Source: Candidatus Omnitrophota bacterium
GTDB taxonomy: Bacteria > Omnitrophota > Gorgyraeia > JAFGIU01
DNA length: 64,000 nt
Reading direction: 5' to 3'
Assembly: GCA_016929445.1 (NCBI GenBank)
Contig: JAFGIU010000005.1
Location: 12,899 to 76,898 of the forward strand
A program made the translations under genes and the position numbers. Shown here piece by piece: positions 1 through 9,021 of the stretch. The notes beneath the pieces were generated by a model, which searched no databases, was not told the origin of the DNA, and was given only the letters and a program-made list of their open reading frames with translations. Within the stretch, counting starts at the first letter, position 1. Every line of letters starts with the position of its first letter.

Positions 1-1
1 G

Positions 2-277
2 CCGGGGACCGGATCCAGATTATCGGACCAAAAAAATCTAAAAGTAGCAAGGTTTGACCCAAAAAACGCAAGTATCGCAAGTATCGAAGAGATCCTCCGC
101 GAGGAAACAGGGCATAGCGTGAAGCTATTCCAGGAGGACACGAGAGTGACCCGGTTAGAATCTCTCAGTGAAATGAAAATGCAATTTGCGGATGTTTTGC
201 CGATTAAAAGCAACAACCCGCATCGCGCTGAATATGCAATTAATGATAGCGGCGGCACTTGGAAGAAGGCGGAATAG
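2..277 (+). CDS. 3' fragment of an upstream gene (C-terminal ~91 codons), product unknown
   Basis: Frame 2 is open from the window edge to TAG at 275-277 (...LSEMKMQFADVLPIKSNNPHRAEYAINDSGGTWKKAE*). No start codon lies in the window and I recognise no family. Confidence 0.3.
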   Translation, partial: PGTGSRLSDQKNLKVARFDPKNASIASIEEILREETGHSVKLFQEDTRVTRLESLSEMKMQFADVLPIKSNNPHRAEYAINDSGGTWKKAE

Positions 278-405
278 TCCTCTGGGAAAAGCATGGGGAG
301 ATTAAGGGGCCGCTGTATAAGGCTGCCGGAGAAGAGAAGTGTGCTGGCGCATGGGGATCGTGCGCTCAGCAAGGTCGAAAATGGAAGAGTCAGAAGGAGT
401 CGAAA

Positions 406-651
406 ATGGAAAACTTAGTATGGTTTCTTTTGATTGGATTGCTCGTCGGTTGGCTGGCGGGAGTCATTATGAAGGGGCACGGGTTCGGGCTATTCGGCAA
501 TATTGGGGTCGGTGTGGTCGGTGCTTTGTTGGGCGGGTGGCTGGCCGGCGCAACGGGCCTGGTGTCCTATAGCGCGCTTGGAGGTTTTGTGACGGCGCTT
601 ATCGGAGCTGTGGTCTTAGTGGGTGTTATCGGGCTTCTCCAACGGGCGTGA
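406..651 (+). CDS. GlsB/YeaQ/YmgE-family (transglycosylase-associated) small membrane stress protein
   Basis: The ~80-aa product MENLVWFLLIGLLVGWLAGVIMKGHGFGLFGNIGVGVVGALLGGWLAG... carries the glycine-rich two-helix signature of this family. AAGGAG sits 7 nt upstream of ATG 406. The longer ORF from 259 is probably N-terminal over-extension. Confidence 0.6.
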   Translation: MENLVWFLLIGLLVGWLAGVIMKGHGFGLFGNIGVGVVGALLGGWLAGATGLVSYSALGGFVTALIGAVVLVGVIGLLQRA

Positions 652-740
652 TTCACAAGGGGGCGCGCGAAAAATCTGCGGGAATGTGGAAACCGGTTGA
701 AGCTGGTAATGCCCGGGACGTCTAAAACAAGGTGTCTTCG

Positions 741-1316
741 ATGAACGACAAAAACAGAGAAAACAGCGTCGTCGGTGTAATAGTCTTAACGGCGATAGGT
801 TTAATGTTGATGGGCTGGTGGGCGGCAACAAATACTTGGGCCGGGACATCCGGAGAAATCGACGCAGGTGTGGATGCCGCGCTTGAGCGTTTCTACGCCG
901 AGGTGGGGGAAGGAAACAAGCTTATTCAGGAAGCAAAAGGTGTGCTTGTCTTTCCCAATGTCTACAAGGTTGGGTTCGGGTTTGGTGGTGAATACGGCGA
1001 AGGCGCGCTGAGGATCAACGGCGCGACCGTAGATTACTACAGCACCGCTGCGGGGTCTTTTGGGTTCCAAATCGGAGCGCAAAAAAAGACCGTCATACTT
1101 GCGTTTATGCAGGAAGAAGTGTTAAGCCGCCTTCGTACGAGCTCCAACTGGAAGGCAGGAGCAGACGCATCTATCGCCGTGGTGAGCATCGGTGCCGGCG
1201 GGTCCTTAGATACAGCAAAGCTTAACGAACCCATTCTTGCTTTTGTCATCGGGCGTCAGGGTCTTATGTATAACCTGACACTTGAAGGCACGAAGTTTAC
1301 GAAATTGAGCAAATGA
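741..1316 (+). CDS. SYLF (Ysc84/DUF500) lipid-binding domain protein with N-terminal membrane anchor
   Basis: Hydrophobic N-terminus (VVGVIVLTAIGLMLMGWWAA) followed by a glycine-rich beta-rich body (GFGFGGEYGEGAL...AGGSLDTAK...NLTLEGTKF) typical of SYLF domains. An upstream GTG at 732 is an alternative start. Confidence 0.45.
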   Translation: MNDKNRENSVVGVIVLTAIGLMLMGWWAATNTWAGTSGEIDAGVDAALERFYAEVGEGNKLIQEAKGVLVFPNVYKVGFGFGGEYGEGALRINGATVDYYSTAAGSFGFQIGAQKKTVILAFMQEEVLSRLRTSSNWKAGADASIAVVSIGAGGSLDTAKLNEPILAFVIGRQGLMYNLTLEGTKFTKLSK

Positions 1317-1392
1317 CCAAACTCGAGGCAGACTACAAAGAAGGCAACAATTAGCTGGCACGATAACAAAAAGAACGATCAGGAGGTGTGGG

Positions 1393-1605
1393 ATGAAACC
1401 AATGGTTCTTTTAGGAGCAATACTGATTGCAATCGGTATTATCGCCTTCGTTTATGAGGGCATTACGTACACGAAAAGAGGAAAGCCTGTCGATCTCGGC
1501 ATTATGGAAGTGTCGACTAAAACAAGCAAACGGATTCCTCTATCACCGATCGTTGGAGTGGTTGCGCTGATCGGCGGAATCGCGTTGTTGACTATAAAAA
1601 CGTGA
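1393..1605 (+). CDS. small two-TM membrane protein, unknown function
   Basis: 70-aa ORF with two hydrophobic helices. A strong SD (CAGGAGGTG) lies just upstream of the ATG. Confidence 0.4.
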   Translation: MKPMVLLGAILIAIGIIAFVYEGITYTKRGKPVDLGIMEVSTKTSKRIPLSPIVGVVALIGGIALLTIKT

Positions 1606-1666
1606 AACGCCTGACATTGAACAGGCCGGTGAGTGTCGGCAAGGAAAGAACCGTGGAGAATGAATC

Positions 1667-1900
1667 ATGAAGAAATATCGCAAGCAAGATCCGTCACAGT
1701 ATGTATGGGCGGACATGCAGTCTGAGGATCCTGTCCTGGATCGAGAAGAACTCGAACTGTTTGAAGCGGCCATGAAACATAACTATGAGTTTCGCGAGCT
1801 CGGAGGAAAGGGGTTTGGTGACGTGCCCAGCTTCTTTTCAATACAACCCGAAGCATCGGGAAGCGGGAAGTCTGGTTTGTATGGCAACCGAAGAAATTGA
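1667..1900 (+). CDS. hypothetical small protein
   Basis: 77-aa ORF with a GGAG-type SD upstream. No family recognised. Confidence 0.3.
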   Translation: MKKYRKQDPSQYVWADMQSEDPVLDREELELFEAAMKHNYEFRELGGKGFGDVPSFFSIQPEASGSGKSGLYGNRRN

Positions 1901-1953
1901 GTTCAGAGGCAGTCTCGGAATGACTCAGCAGAGCGGAAAAATACGGGGGAATA

Positions 1954-2352
1954 ATGACAACGGTGAAAAAGGATCTATTAACAATTCTCAATCAGGCGAA
2001 TGAGTGGGAGCATGCGGCGAGCATGAAATATTTCTCGCGCGCCGAGATAATCACGGAGACGCTCATTGAAATTGAAGGAACGCACGGATTCAAAGGAGGA
2101 AAGGACATAGAGAAAGTAGATCTAAGAAATGAAACAGAGGCAATCGCCTTTTATAGAATGATTCGCAACAAAAGCAGGTTATACGGGGCGCAGTTTCATC
2201 GCGTGCTTCAGAGGCTTGAGGAGGAAATCAAAAACGTTGTGCAGGACGAACAGGCGCATGCGCAACAACTATTAGAAGTCATCGGACGGTTGGAAGAGAG
2301 AGTGGAAATGGAAAGACGGACCACCCGAAGCCCTCGAGCGTCTAATGCGTGA
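1954..2352 (+). CDS. ferritin-like/rubrerythrin-like domain protein (tentative)
   Basis: 132-aa, helical and E/H-rich (EWEHAASMKYF...EDEQAHAQQLLEVIGRLEE), resembling four-helix-bundle ferritin-like domains. Weak call. Confidence 0.3.
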   Translation: MTTVKKDLLTILNQANEWEHAASMKYFSRAEIITETLIEIEGTHGFKGGKDIEKVDLRNETEAIAFYRMIRNKSRLYGAQFHRVLQRLEEEIKNVVQDEQAHAQQLLEVIGRLEERVEMERRTTRSPRASNA

Positions 2353-2449
2353 CCCTCTGGGGGAGGGAACCCTGGGGCAAAAGGTTGCGGAAAGCGTTAG
2401 ACGCCATTAGCTGAGAGTCGAGTTGACAGGTATTAGTGAGAAGTCTTAG

Positions 2450-2471
2450 TATATAGCGAAATAGCTATATA
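2450..2471. promoter_or_regulatory. candidate ArsR operator: TATATAGC-N6-GCTATATA palindrome at the arsR(+) promoter
   Basis: Perfect 8-bp inverted repeat 17 bp upstream of the TTG start and just downstream of a TTGACA hexamer at 2423-2428. Confidence 0.35.
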
Positions 2472-2487
2472 AAGTAGAGGGCTTCCG

Positions 2488-2832
2488 TTGAATAATACAT
2501 TGTCCATACTCAAGGCATTGTCAGATCGCAACAGGCTGCGGATATTTAAGCTTCTGGAAAGGCGGAAAATGTGCGTGTGCGAGCTGGCCTTTGTGTTGGG
2601 AATCAAACAGCCCAGCGTTTCCCGCCACCTGAAAAAGATGAAAGACGCGGGGATCGTTGACAGTGAACAAGATGGGTTGTGGACCCAATATTTTCTGAGT
2701 AAGAAGCGAAATGTCGTTTCTACATCGTTCGTCCGGGACTTAAGTGCATGTCTTGATGGTGAAGCTCTGATCAGAAAAGATGCCAAGATGGCCCATAGGG
2801 CTGATCGCCAGGATCTATATACAGCCGGGTAG
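2488..2832 (+). CDS. arsR: ArsR/SmtB-family metalloregulator (TTG start)
   Basis: HTH_20-type sequence LRIFKLLERRKMCVCELAFVLGIKQPSVSRHLKKMKDAGIV, including the CVC As(III)-binding cysteine pair of ArsR. It leads an operon of arsenic-type genes. Confidence 0.8.
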   Translation: MNNTLSILKALSDRNRLRIFKLLERRKMCVCELAFVLGIKQPSVSRHLKKMKDAGIVDSEQDGLWTQYFLSKKRNVVSTSFVRDLSACLDGEALIRKDAKMAHRADRQDLYTAG

Positions 2833-2891
2833 ATCTTTTTTTGTCTTGTTATATAGCTGACTGGCTATGTGTAAAACAAAGGGACATAGAA

Positions 2892-4064
2892 ATGAAAGAA
2901 CAGCACAAAGTCCTTCTGATGGTGGCGGCATTTTTGGCGTGTTTCTACCTGCCTGTTGAGCTGTTGCCTTTCCGGAACCCTGTGTTCGAGGCGCTGGCCC
3001 TGGTGAGATGGTATGCGCGGGAGCATGTGTTATTGTGCCTGGTCCCGGCCTTTTTTATTGCAGGCGCTATTTCTGTTTTTGTGAGCCAGGCTGCGGTAAT
3101 GAAATACTTCGGTGCCGGGGCGCACAAGGCATTGGCCTACGGAGTCGCGTCCGTTTCCGGCACTATCTTGGCTGTGTGCTCCTGCACGGTTTTGCCCATT
3201 TTTAGCGGTATCTACAAACGGGGCGCAGGGCTTGGGCCGGCCACGGCCTTTCTGTACTCGGGTCCTGCCATCAATGTGTTGGCCATCATTCTGACAGCGC
3301 GCGTGTTGGGCTGGCAGTTGGGTGTGGCAAGAGCTGTTGGCGCGGTGTTGTTCAGCGTTGTGGTCGGGCTATTGATGCACTTGATATTTCTTCGGGAAGA
3401 GCGCCAAAGAAATCAAACCGGGCCGATTCACATAGCCGAAGAGGACACACAAAGACCTCTTTGGAAAAATGCTGTTTATTTTATGGTGATGGTGTGCATT
3501 TTGGTTTTTGCCAATTGGGGAAGGCCTCAGGAGGGGGACATTGGTTTATGGGCGTTGATTTACCAGTGGCGTTGGCTCATCACGGGATTTTTGGCTGCGG
3601 GACTGGCGCTGATGTTACAAAGGTGGTTTGTTCGGAGCGAACTGCGGGAGTGGACTGGGGCAAGTTGGGGCTTTGCAAAGCAGATTATGCCGCTTCTGTT
3701 GATAGGTGTGGCAGTTGCGGGGTTGTTGCTGGGACGGCCCGGTGAGCAGGGCCTCATCCCCCCGGAATTTGTCGAAAAGCTGGTCGGGGGCAATTCACTG
3801 TTCGCTAATTTCTTTGCATCGGTTGTTGGGGCGTTCATGTACTTTGCGACTTTAACGGAAATCCCTATTTTGGAAGGACTTCTGGGCGCCGGCATGGGAA
3901 AAGGACCTGCGCTGGCGCTCTTGCTGGCCGGGCCAGCCTTGAGCTTGCCGAATATGCTGGTGATCCGCAGTGTGATCGGCACAAAGAAAACGATTGTGTA
4001 TGTGTGTCTGGTTGTCGTTATGGCGACCGTAACGGGCATTTGGTTCGGCATGATGGTGAGCTAG
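2892..4064 (+). CDS. arsP: ArsP-type (DUF318/PF03773) permease, putative organoarsenical efflux
   Basis: Polytopic membrane protein with the conserved VCSCTVLP (TPFcSCS-like) motif of ArsP permeases. It lies immediately downstream of arsR. ATG at 2892 chosen over the upstream extension from 2841. Confidence 0.65.
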   Translation: MKEQHKVLLMVAAFLACFYLPVELLPFRNPVFEALALVRWYAREHVLLCLVPAFFIAGAISVFVSQAAVMKYFGAGAHKALAYGVASVSGTILAVCSCTVLPIFSGIYKRGAGLGPATAFLYSGPAINVLAIILTARVLGWQLGVARAVGAVLFSVVVGLLMHLIFLREERQRNQTGPIHIAEEDTQRPLWKNAVYFMVMVCILVFANWGRPQEGDIGLWALIYQWRWLITGFLAAGLALMLQRWFVRSELREWTGASWGFAKQIMPLLLIGVAVAGLLLGRPGEQGLIPPEFVEKLVGGNSLFANFFASVVGAFMYFATLTEIPILEGLLGAGMGKGPALALLLAGPALSLPNMLVIRSVIGTKKTIVYVCLVVVMATVTGIWFGMMVS

Positions 4065-4081
4065 AAAAGGAGGGTCGAAAG

Positions 4082-4312
4082 ATGAAAATCGAAGTGCTCG
4101 GTATGGGCTGCGCGAAGTGTAAACAGCTTTACAACAATGTTCAGCAGGCGGTTGCTGAGGTAGGCGTGCAGGCCGAGGTCGTCAAGGTCGAAGATATGGA
4201 TAGGATTACCGGGTATGGTGTGCTGGCGACTCCTGCCCTGGTGGTGGATGGTCAGGTAAAGGTTTCAGGGAAGGTCAGTTCGAGCGACGAGATTAAATCA
4301 TGGCTGGTATAA
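4082..4312 (+). CDS. thioredoxin-fold redox-active disulfide protein (TM0996/MTH895 type)
   Basis: MKIEVLGMGCAKCKQLYNNV... has a CxxC motif at the N-terminus of a ~77-aa thioredoxin-like fold. This protein type commonly accompanies ArsP permeases. SD GGAGGGTCG upstream. Confidence 0.7.
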   Translation: MKIEVLGMGCAKCKQLYNNVQQAVAEVGVQAEVVKVEDMDRITGYGVLATPALVVDGQVKVSGKVSSSDEIKSWLV

Positions 4313-4767
4313 GTAACCGGCTGTCAATACGAATGATGGTTTGCAGCGTGGCAATTCTTGCAGTTGTTTGCGCGGCGGCATTGTATCTCCCCAAAATTTC
4401 CTTCTCCCAGGATGAACACCCTGCAACCGGTCAGGTTATTGTGTACTACTTCTACGGTCAGGCCCGATGTGCTTCCTGCCTCAAGATCGAGAAGTTCACG
4501 AAGAATACTCTGGGCTCGCAGTTTGAACGGGAGCTGGATTCTGGACGGGTGGTCTTTGCTCCAATGAATGTGGATGAACCGCAAAACCGGCATTTTGTAG
4601 AGGATTACCAGCTTTACACAAAATCGGTTGTGCTTTCGCTTGTGAAGGGTGGTGAGGAAGTGCGCTATGCCAACTTGGAGAAGGTGTGGCAGCTTTTGCG
4701 AAGCGAAGAGCGGTTCGGCGCTTACGTGGCTGAGGAACTGAACAAGATGTTGAAGGAGCTTTCTTGA
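4300..4767 (+). CDS. thioredoxin-like CxxC protein with signal/anchor, ArsF-like (tentative)
   Basis: N-terminal hydrophobic segment, then YYFYGQARCASCLKIE (CxxC). Size and context match proteins annotated as the nitroaromatic-arsenical nitroreductase subunit ArsF family. Assignment is by recollection only. Confidence 0.4.
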   Translation: MAGISNRLSIRMMVCSVAILAVVCAAALYLPKISFSQDEHPATGQVIVYYFYGQARCASCLKIEKFTKNTLGSQFERELDSGRVVFAPMNVDEPQNRHFVEDYQLYTKSVVLSLVKGGEEVRYANLEKVWQLLRSEERFGAYVAEELNKMLKELS

Positions 4768-5450
4768 TCGAAATGGCCGGGATGATGGCCACGGCGCTGT
4801 GGTTGGGCATCATGACTTCGATTAGTCCGTGCCCGTTGGCTACGAATATTGCTGCGGTGTCCTTTCTGTCGAAGCAGGTGCTCCATGTCCGTCAAGTCGT
4901 GTTTGCAGGCTGTGCTTATACAGCCGGACGCATGCTTGCTTACATGCTCTTGGGCGTACTGATTATCACCTCGTTATTGAGTGTTCCCTCCACAGCCCAG
5001 TTTCTGCAGAGGTATATGAGCCGGGCATTGGGGCCGGTTTTGTTGTTGGTGGGACTGGTTTTGTTCGGTGTGCTTCGCCTGCGCTTGCCAGGGTTTTCCG
5101 TGTCGGTTGAAAAACAACAGATGTTGGCCCGGTCAGGAGGCGTTGGAGCCTTTTCTTTGGGGTTTTTATTTGCGCTCTCATTTTGTCCGATTTCTGCGGC
5201 GCTTTTCTTTGGCAGCCTGATTCCGCTTGCATTACAAAGCCAGGTTGGGGTGAGTTTGCCGCTGGTTTACGGTTTAGGGACAGCATTGCCTGTGTTGGTT
5301 TTTGCGCTGGCTGTTGCTCTTGGAGTTAGTTCGTTGAGCGGTTGGTTTCAAAAAATCAGCGTGGCAGAGGCGTGGATGAGGAAACTGACCGGACTGATTT
5401 TCTTTCTTGTGGGCATCTACTACACGCTTACCTATACAATTCCCCTCTAG
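4764..5450 (+). CDS. CcdA/DsbD-like transmembrane thiol-disulfide transporter, ArsG-like (tentative)
   Basis: Six-TM protein with a CP pair in TM1 (ISPCPLATN) and a second Cys-containing helix, as in CcdA/DsbD cores. Proteins of this architecture are annotated as the ArsG aminoaryl-arsenical efflux family. Start overlaps the previous stop (TTGA). Confidence 0.45.
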   Translation: MIEMAGMMATALWLGIMTSISPCPLATNIAAVSFLSKQVLHVRQVVFAGCAYTAGRMLAYMLLGVLIITSLLSVPSTAQFLQRYMSRALGPVLLLVGLVLFGVLRLRLPGFSVSVEKQQMLARSGGVGAFSLGFLFALSFCPISAALFFGSLIPLALQSQVGVSLPLVYGLGTALPVLVFALAVALGVSSLSGWFQKISVAEAWMRKLTGLIFFLVGIYYTLTYTIPL

Positions 5451-6655
5451 GTTTGGCTGGCTTGATGTGTATTTGGAAACCAGTGCTGTGTCCGTGTGCA
5501 GAAACGTACCAGCATCAACATCACAGGCACTTCAATCAATACGCCCACCACGGTAGCCAAAGCTGCCCCTGAGGAAAGTCCAAAGAGCATGGTTGATGTG
5601 GCGATCGCCACTTCAAAGTGATTTGAGGCACCGATCATGGCGGCGGGGGCGGCGTCCGGATACGGGAGCCTCAAAAGCCGTGCAGCCCAATAACCCAACC
5701 CGAAAATGGCTACCGCCTGGATGAACAGGGGAACGGCAATCCACAAAATGGTAAAGGGATTGGCAAGAATGACCTCGCCTTTAAAAGAGAAAAGTAAAAC
5801 CAAAGTTACCAACAAGGCACAGATGGTCACCGGTGTCAGGAAATGAAGGAATTTATCCTTAAACCAGGCTTCTCCCTTGTGGGCAATGATCCAGGTGCGG
5901 GAGAAGTAACCCGCCACCAGGGGCAAAGCCACATAAATGCTGATGGAGAGAAGTAATGCCTGCCAGGGCACGGGCAAGCGCCCTACGCCCAAAAGGAATC
6001 CTCCCAATAATCCGTAGAGCAAAAGCATGGTGAGCGAATTAATCGCCACCATCACAAGTGTTAGGCCGTCATTGCCGCGCGCCAGGTATCCCCAAACCAA
6101 GACCATTGCCGTGCAAGGCGCAACACCCAACAAGATGCAACCGGCAAGGTAGCTGCGCCACAAGGGGACTTGCAGCATCTTAATACCTTCGTGAAGGACG
6201 ACGATGCCGGAACCATGTTCCGCTCCTACCGGCAAATCCAAACCGAAGGGCATCTTGACCAAATCCACGGCTTCGGCCCCGATCAAGCCCTTGAAGAGCA
6301 CCCCCAAAAAGAGCGTGGCAATGGCGTACATCGTAAAAGGCTTAATGGCCCAGTTAATGAACAGAGTGAGGAATACAGGTTTCCCGCTGCGTCCCGCTTT
6401 AATGACTTCTCCGAAATCAATCTTGACCATAATCGGGTACATCATAAAAAAGAGGCAGATTGCAATGGGGATCGAGACGACCGGGGCTCCATTGACGTAC
6501 AGAGCCATTGCATCCAATGTCTTGGCAAATCCGGGCGCCAGCTTTCCAAGCAAGATACCCCCCACAATGCAGAGCGCAACCCACAAGGTGAGGTATTTTT
6601 CAAAGGGGTTTGTCATGTGCCGGGTTTCGGTATGAGGGGATGGGGGCAAGGTCAT
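5447..6655 (-). CDS. acr3: ACR3-family arsenite efflux transporter
   Basis: Typical ACR3 N-terminus ([21 protein letters not shown]) and 10-TM body. ATG at 6655 overlaps the arsC stop (ATGA coupling); an alternative ATG is at 6616. Its stop overlaps the stop of the convergent + gene at 5447-5450. Confidence 0.85.
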   Translation of the reverse strand: MTLPPSPHTETRHMTNPFEKYLTLWVALCIVGGILLGKLAPGFAKTLDAMALYVNGAPVVSIPIAICLFFMMYPIMVKIDFGEVIKAGRSGKPVFLTLFINWAIKPFTMYAIATLFLGVLFKGLIGAEAVDLVKMPFGLDLPVGAEHGSGIVVLHEGIKMLQVPLWRSYLAGCILLGVAPCTAMVLVWGYLARGNDGLTLVMVAINSLTMLLLYGLLGGFLLGVGRLPVPWQALLLSISIYVALPLVAGYFSRTWIIAHKGEAWFKDKFLHFLTPVTICALLVTLVLLFSFKGEVILANPFTILWIAVPLFIQAVAIFGLGYWAARLLRLPYPDAAPAAMIGASNHFEVAIATSTMLFGLSSGAALATVVGVLIEVPVMLMLVRFCTRTQHWFPNTHQASQT

Positions 6656-7089
6656 GATTCTAATCCTTCGGGTAGTGATTCAATAAATGCTCTGATTTCA
6701 TCGCGGACTTTACGGTAACAATCCAACTTCTCTTCATTGGTTGTAGCGTTCTCGGCCAATCTTGGAGGATCATCAAAACCCGTATGCACGATTTTGGCCT
6801 TGCCGGGGAACCGGGGGCAGTTTTCATTGGCATGGCCACACACAGTGACGACGTAATCAAAGGGAATATCCATCAAATCTCGAACATTCTTGGATTGATG
6901 GCTCGAAATATCTACTCCTGCCTCCTCCATTACCTTGACCGCATTGGGATTCAGGCCGTGTGTTTCGATACCGGCTGAATAGGGTTCGATCAGATTGCCT
7001 TTGAGACGTTTGGCCCAGCCCTCGGCCATCTGGCTTCGGCAGGAATTGCCGGTGCAGAGGAAGAGTATCTTAAATTTGGGCTCAGACAT
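6652..7089 (-). CDS. arsC: arsenate reductase, thioredoxin-coupled LMW-PTP type
   Basis: [20 protein letters not shown]-loop (CX5R) plus downstream Cys residues, characteristic of Bacillus/Staphylococcus-type ArsC. Confidence 0.85.
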   Translation of the reverse strand: MSEPKFKILFLCTGNSCRSQMAEGWAKRLKGNLIEPYSAGIETHGLNPNAVKVMEEAGVDISSHQSKNVRDLMDIPFDYVVTVCGHANENCPRFPGKAKIVHTGFDDPPRLAENATTNEEKLDCYRKVRDEIRAFIESLPEGLES

Positions 7090-7138
7090 TGATCAGGCTC
7101 CTTTTAATCTGGGTAAGCGGATAAAATAGGGCAAAAAA

Positions 7139-7480
7139 TCAAACTCGGCTGCCAATCCGGCCAAGTTTCCTCATATCGGCTTTCAACTGGCGAATCTCCG
7201 CCAGGCAATCAGAAACACAGTCAACGAGGCGGCTATGGAGCCCGGATGAGGGCTCTGCCAGCCGGTAGAAATTCCAAGTCCCTTCCTCCCGCAGTTCCAC
7301 CAGCCCGGCTTGCCTGAGATAGGCCATATGTCGCGAGATGCGCGACTGAGGTATCTCCAAAACTTCTATGAGGCGGCACACGCAAAGCTCCCCCTCCCTC
7401 AGCAGGTTGAGTATGCGGAGCCGGGTTGGGTCGGCAAAAGCCTTGAACAGTTGGTTTGAGCTGTCGAGTGATGGTTGCAT
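7139..7480 (-). CDS. arsR: ArsR-family As(III)-responsive repressor
   Basis: FKAFADPTRLRILNLLREGELCVCRLIEVL... with the ELCVC metal site and HTH. First gene of the arsR-arsC-acr3 operon. Confidence 0.85.
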   Translation of the reverse strand: MQPSLDSSNQLFKAFADPTRLRILNLLREGELCVCRLIEVLEIPQSRISRHMAYLRQAGLVELREEGTWNFYRLAEPSSGLHSRLVDCVSDCLAEIRQLKADMRKLGRIGSRV

Positions 7481-7488
7481 CTACTTCA

Positions 7489-7504
7489 TCCGTTTAGGCG
7501 GATT
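7489..7504. promoter_or_regulatory. small palindrome ATCCG-N6-CGGAT in the arsR(-) promoter region, possible operator
   Basis: Inverted repeat seen directly, ~10 bp upstream of the arsR start codon (minus strand). Function inferred. Confidence 0.2.
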
Positions 7505-8064
7505 ATACTAGATGGCGGCATGAAAATGAAGCAGTTGCTAAACTCGTCTAATACGGGAACGATAGAACTATGAAAAGAGTTTGCGAGCTGGCATTTGGGA
7601 GCAGTCCCAGAGTTCACAGGGAAGGCTCAAGAGGCGGGCTCTTGGCGTTTCTGCGGTACGACTATAAGAAAATCCTGGCCAGGACTCGATACCTGTATAT
7701 TGACCGGAATTTTGACGCGACTCAGGGGGAATTACAGGGAGGGGATTTGGAGTTTGGCTTTTTCGAGCCGATCTTACTTTGCTTCCCGAACCTTGAGTTC
7801 TTGGGGCGTTTGCGGTTTTCAAGCGAGGTTGCCTGGTCGCCGGAGCACCCCAAGACCAGGGAGATTCTCGGCAAGTCTCTGGAAAGCATGGGCAGGCGGC
7901 TATGCGGAACACGCCCAAAGCCTGGTGAATTGGCATCGCCATGCTCTTTCCCACGAATTACGGCCAGATGGCGAATGGACATACGACCTAAACACAGGCG
8001 AGAAGTATGGATTCCCGGTAAAGCCGTTTGTGGGTTCTTAGCGGGTTCCACTTTTTTGTCGGGG

Positions 8065-8113
8065 TTGGCAATACAACATAAATGTTGTATACTTAAACTA
8101 TTACCACGGTAAT
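8065..8113 (+). promoter_or_regulatory. higBA-like promoter (TTGGCA-N17-TATACT) with two operator palindromes
   Basis: -35 TTGGCA at 8065-8070, -10 TATACT at 8088-8093. The perfect 9-bp IR ATACAACAT-AA-ATGTTGTAT (8071-8090) fills the spacer, and a second IR ATTACC-AC-GGTAAT lies at 8100-8113. This is the classic TA autoregulation layout. Confidence 0.45.
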
Positions 8114-8153
8114 ACTAAGCATGCTGAAGGAGTTTTTAACTGGTTCTAGTTAA

Positions 8154-8516
8154 ATGATATACAAAATCATCTTTTTCGTGGATACCAAGGGAGCCTGCCC
8201 CGTTGAGGAGTATATGGAAAAGCTTTCCGCCCCTCAGCAGGACAAAGTATTTGCCTATCTCAGACGATTGCAGGAGGTGGGGCCTCAGCTCAAGCGGCCT
8301 GCGGGCGATTATCTGGGAGGCAAGATCAAGCTCTACGAGTTGAGGCCAGGCAGACACCGGATTCTGTACTACTTCCACGGAAAGAACATCGTTCTCCTTC
8401 ACGCCTTCTTGAAGAAGACGGATGAAATCCCGAAGAAGGACATCGAGTTGGCTTTATTCAGAAAAGACATTTGCGAGGTGCAGTTCAAGCACGGGCGCAT
8501 TGAAACGGGAGATTAA
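8154..8516 (+). CDS. type II toxin, RelE/ParE superfamily (HigB/Gp49-like)
   Basis: 120-aa protein (KIKLYELRPGRHRILYYFHGKNIVLLHAFLKK...) matching phage Gp49/HigB-like toxins that pair with XRE antitoxins. An XRE HTH gene follows immediately. Confidence 0.6.
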   Translation: MIYKIIFFVDTKGACPVEEYMEKLSAPQQDKVFAYLRRLQEVGPQLKRPAGDYLGGKIKLYELRPGRHRILYYFHGKNIVLLHAFLKKTDEIPKKDIELALFRKDICEVQFKHGRIETGD

Positions 8517-8554
8517 GAGGGATCAATCAGTACCCAGAAGAAAAGAGGTGGGTT

Positions 8555-8890
8555 ATGGCCAAAATAGCGAAATCAAAATTTAAGACCTTAGACCAGGTTA
8601 TGCAGAAACAGGTCAAAGGCGATCCTGAGCGGGAACTGAATATTCAGGTCGAGCAGGTGAAGATTGCGGTGGCCGAGCAGCTTGTGGAAATCCGGGAAAA
8701 GACCGGCTTGACCCAGAAGCAGTTGGCCCAGAAAATGGGCGTTTCCCAGCAGCTTATCAGCCGGATTGAGAGCGGTTCGGACAATCTTACTCTGGAAACC
8801 TTGGTGCGCTTCCTCAGTGTGCTGGGCGTGGTAATGAAGGTTGAAGTTGACAAGAAGAAAGGCCGAGAACAGGTTCTTCAATTCGTATAG
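8555..8890 (+). CDS. XRE-family HTH antitoxin (HigA-like)
   Basis: HTH_XRE core LTQKQLAQKMGVSQQLISRIESG. 111 aa, located 3' of the toxin gene (HigB/HigA order). Confidence 0.6.
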   Translation: MAKIAKSKFKTLDQVMQKQVKGDPERELNIQVEQVKIAVAEQLVEIREKTGLTQKQLAQKMGVSQQLISRIESGSDNLTLETLVRFLSVLGVVMKVEVDKKKGREQVLQFV

Positions 8891-8953
8891 TTTACGCGAA
8901 AGCCAAGACTTTCCCAAAATGCGGGTTCGCAGTTAAAGCTTCTTCTACCGCAG
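8891..8953 (+). repeat. ~57-bp direct repeat copy 1 (3'-UTR element)
   Basis: ...GACTTTCCCAAAATGCGGGTTCGCAGTTAAAGCTTCTTC... is ~80% identical to 11251-11312. Both copies begin immediately after a stop codon. Confidence 0.5.
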
Positions 8954-9021
8954 TTGCAGAGAATGGATATTTGCAACTATCTATTGAGCTAAATAAATAC
9001 GGGTACTTGGAGAATACGTTT

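Noticed and set aside
7570-8112. 180-aa and 148-aa + strand ORFs, and the 128-aa and 109-aa - strand ORFs, in the 7560-8060 region
   Set aside because: They overlap one another in three frames, have no SD, show low-complexity composition and match no family I know. They are treated as non-coding or decayed sequence. The ORF at 7570-8112 also runs through the mapped higBA promoter.
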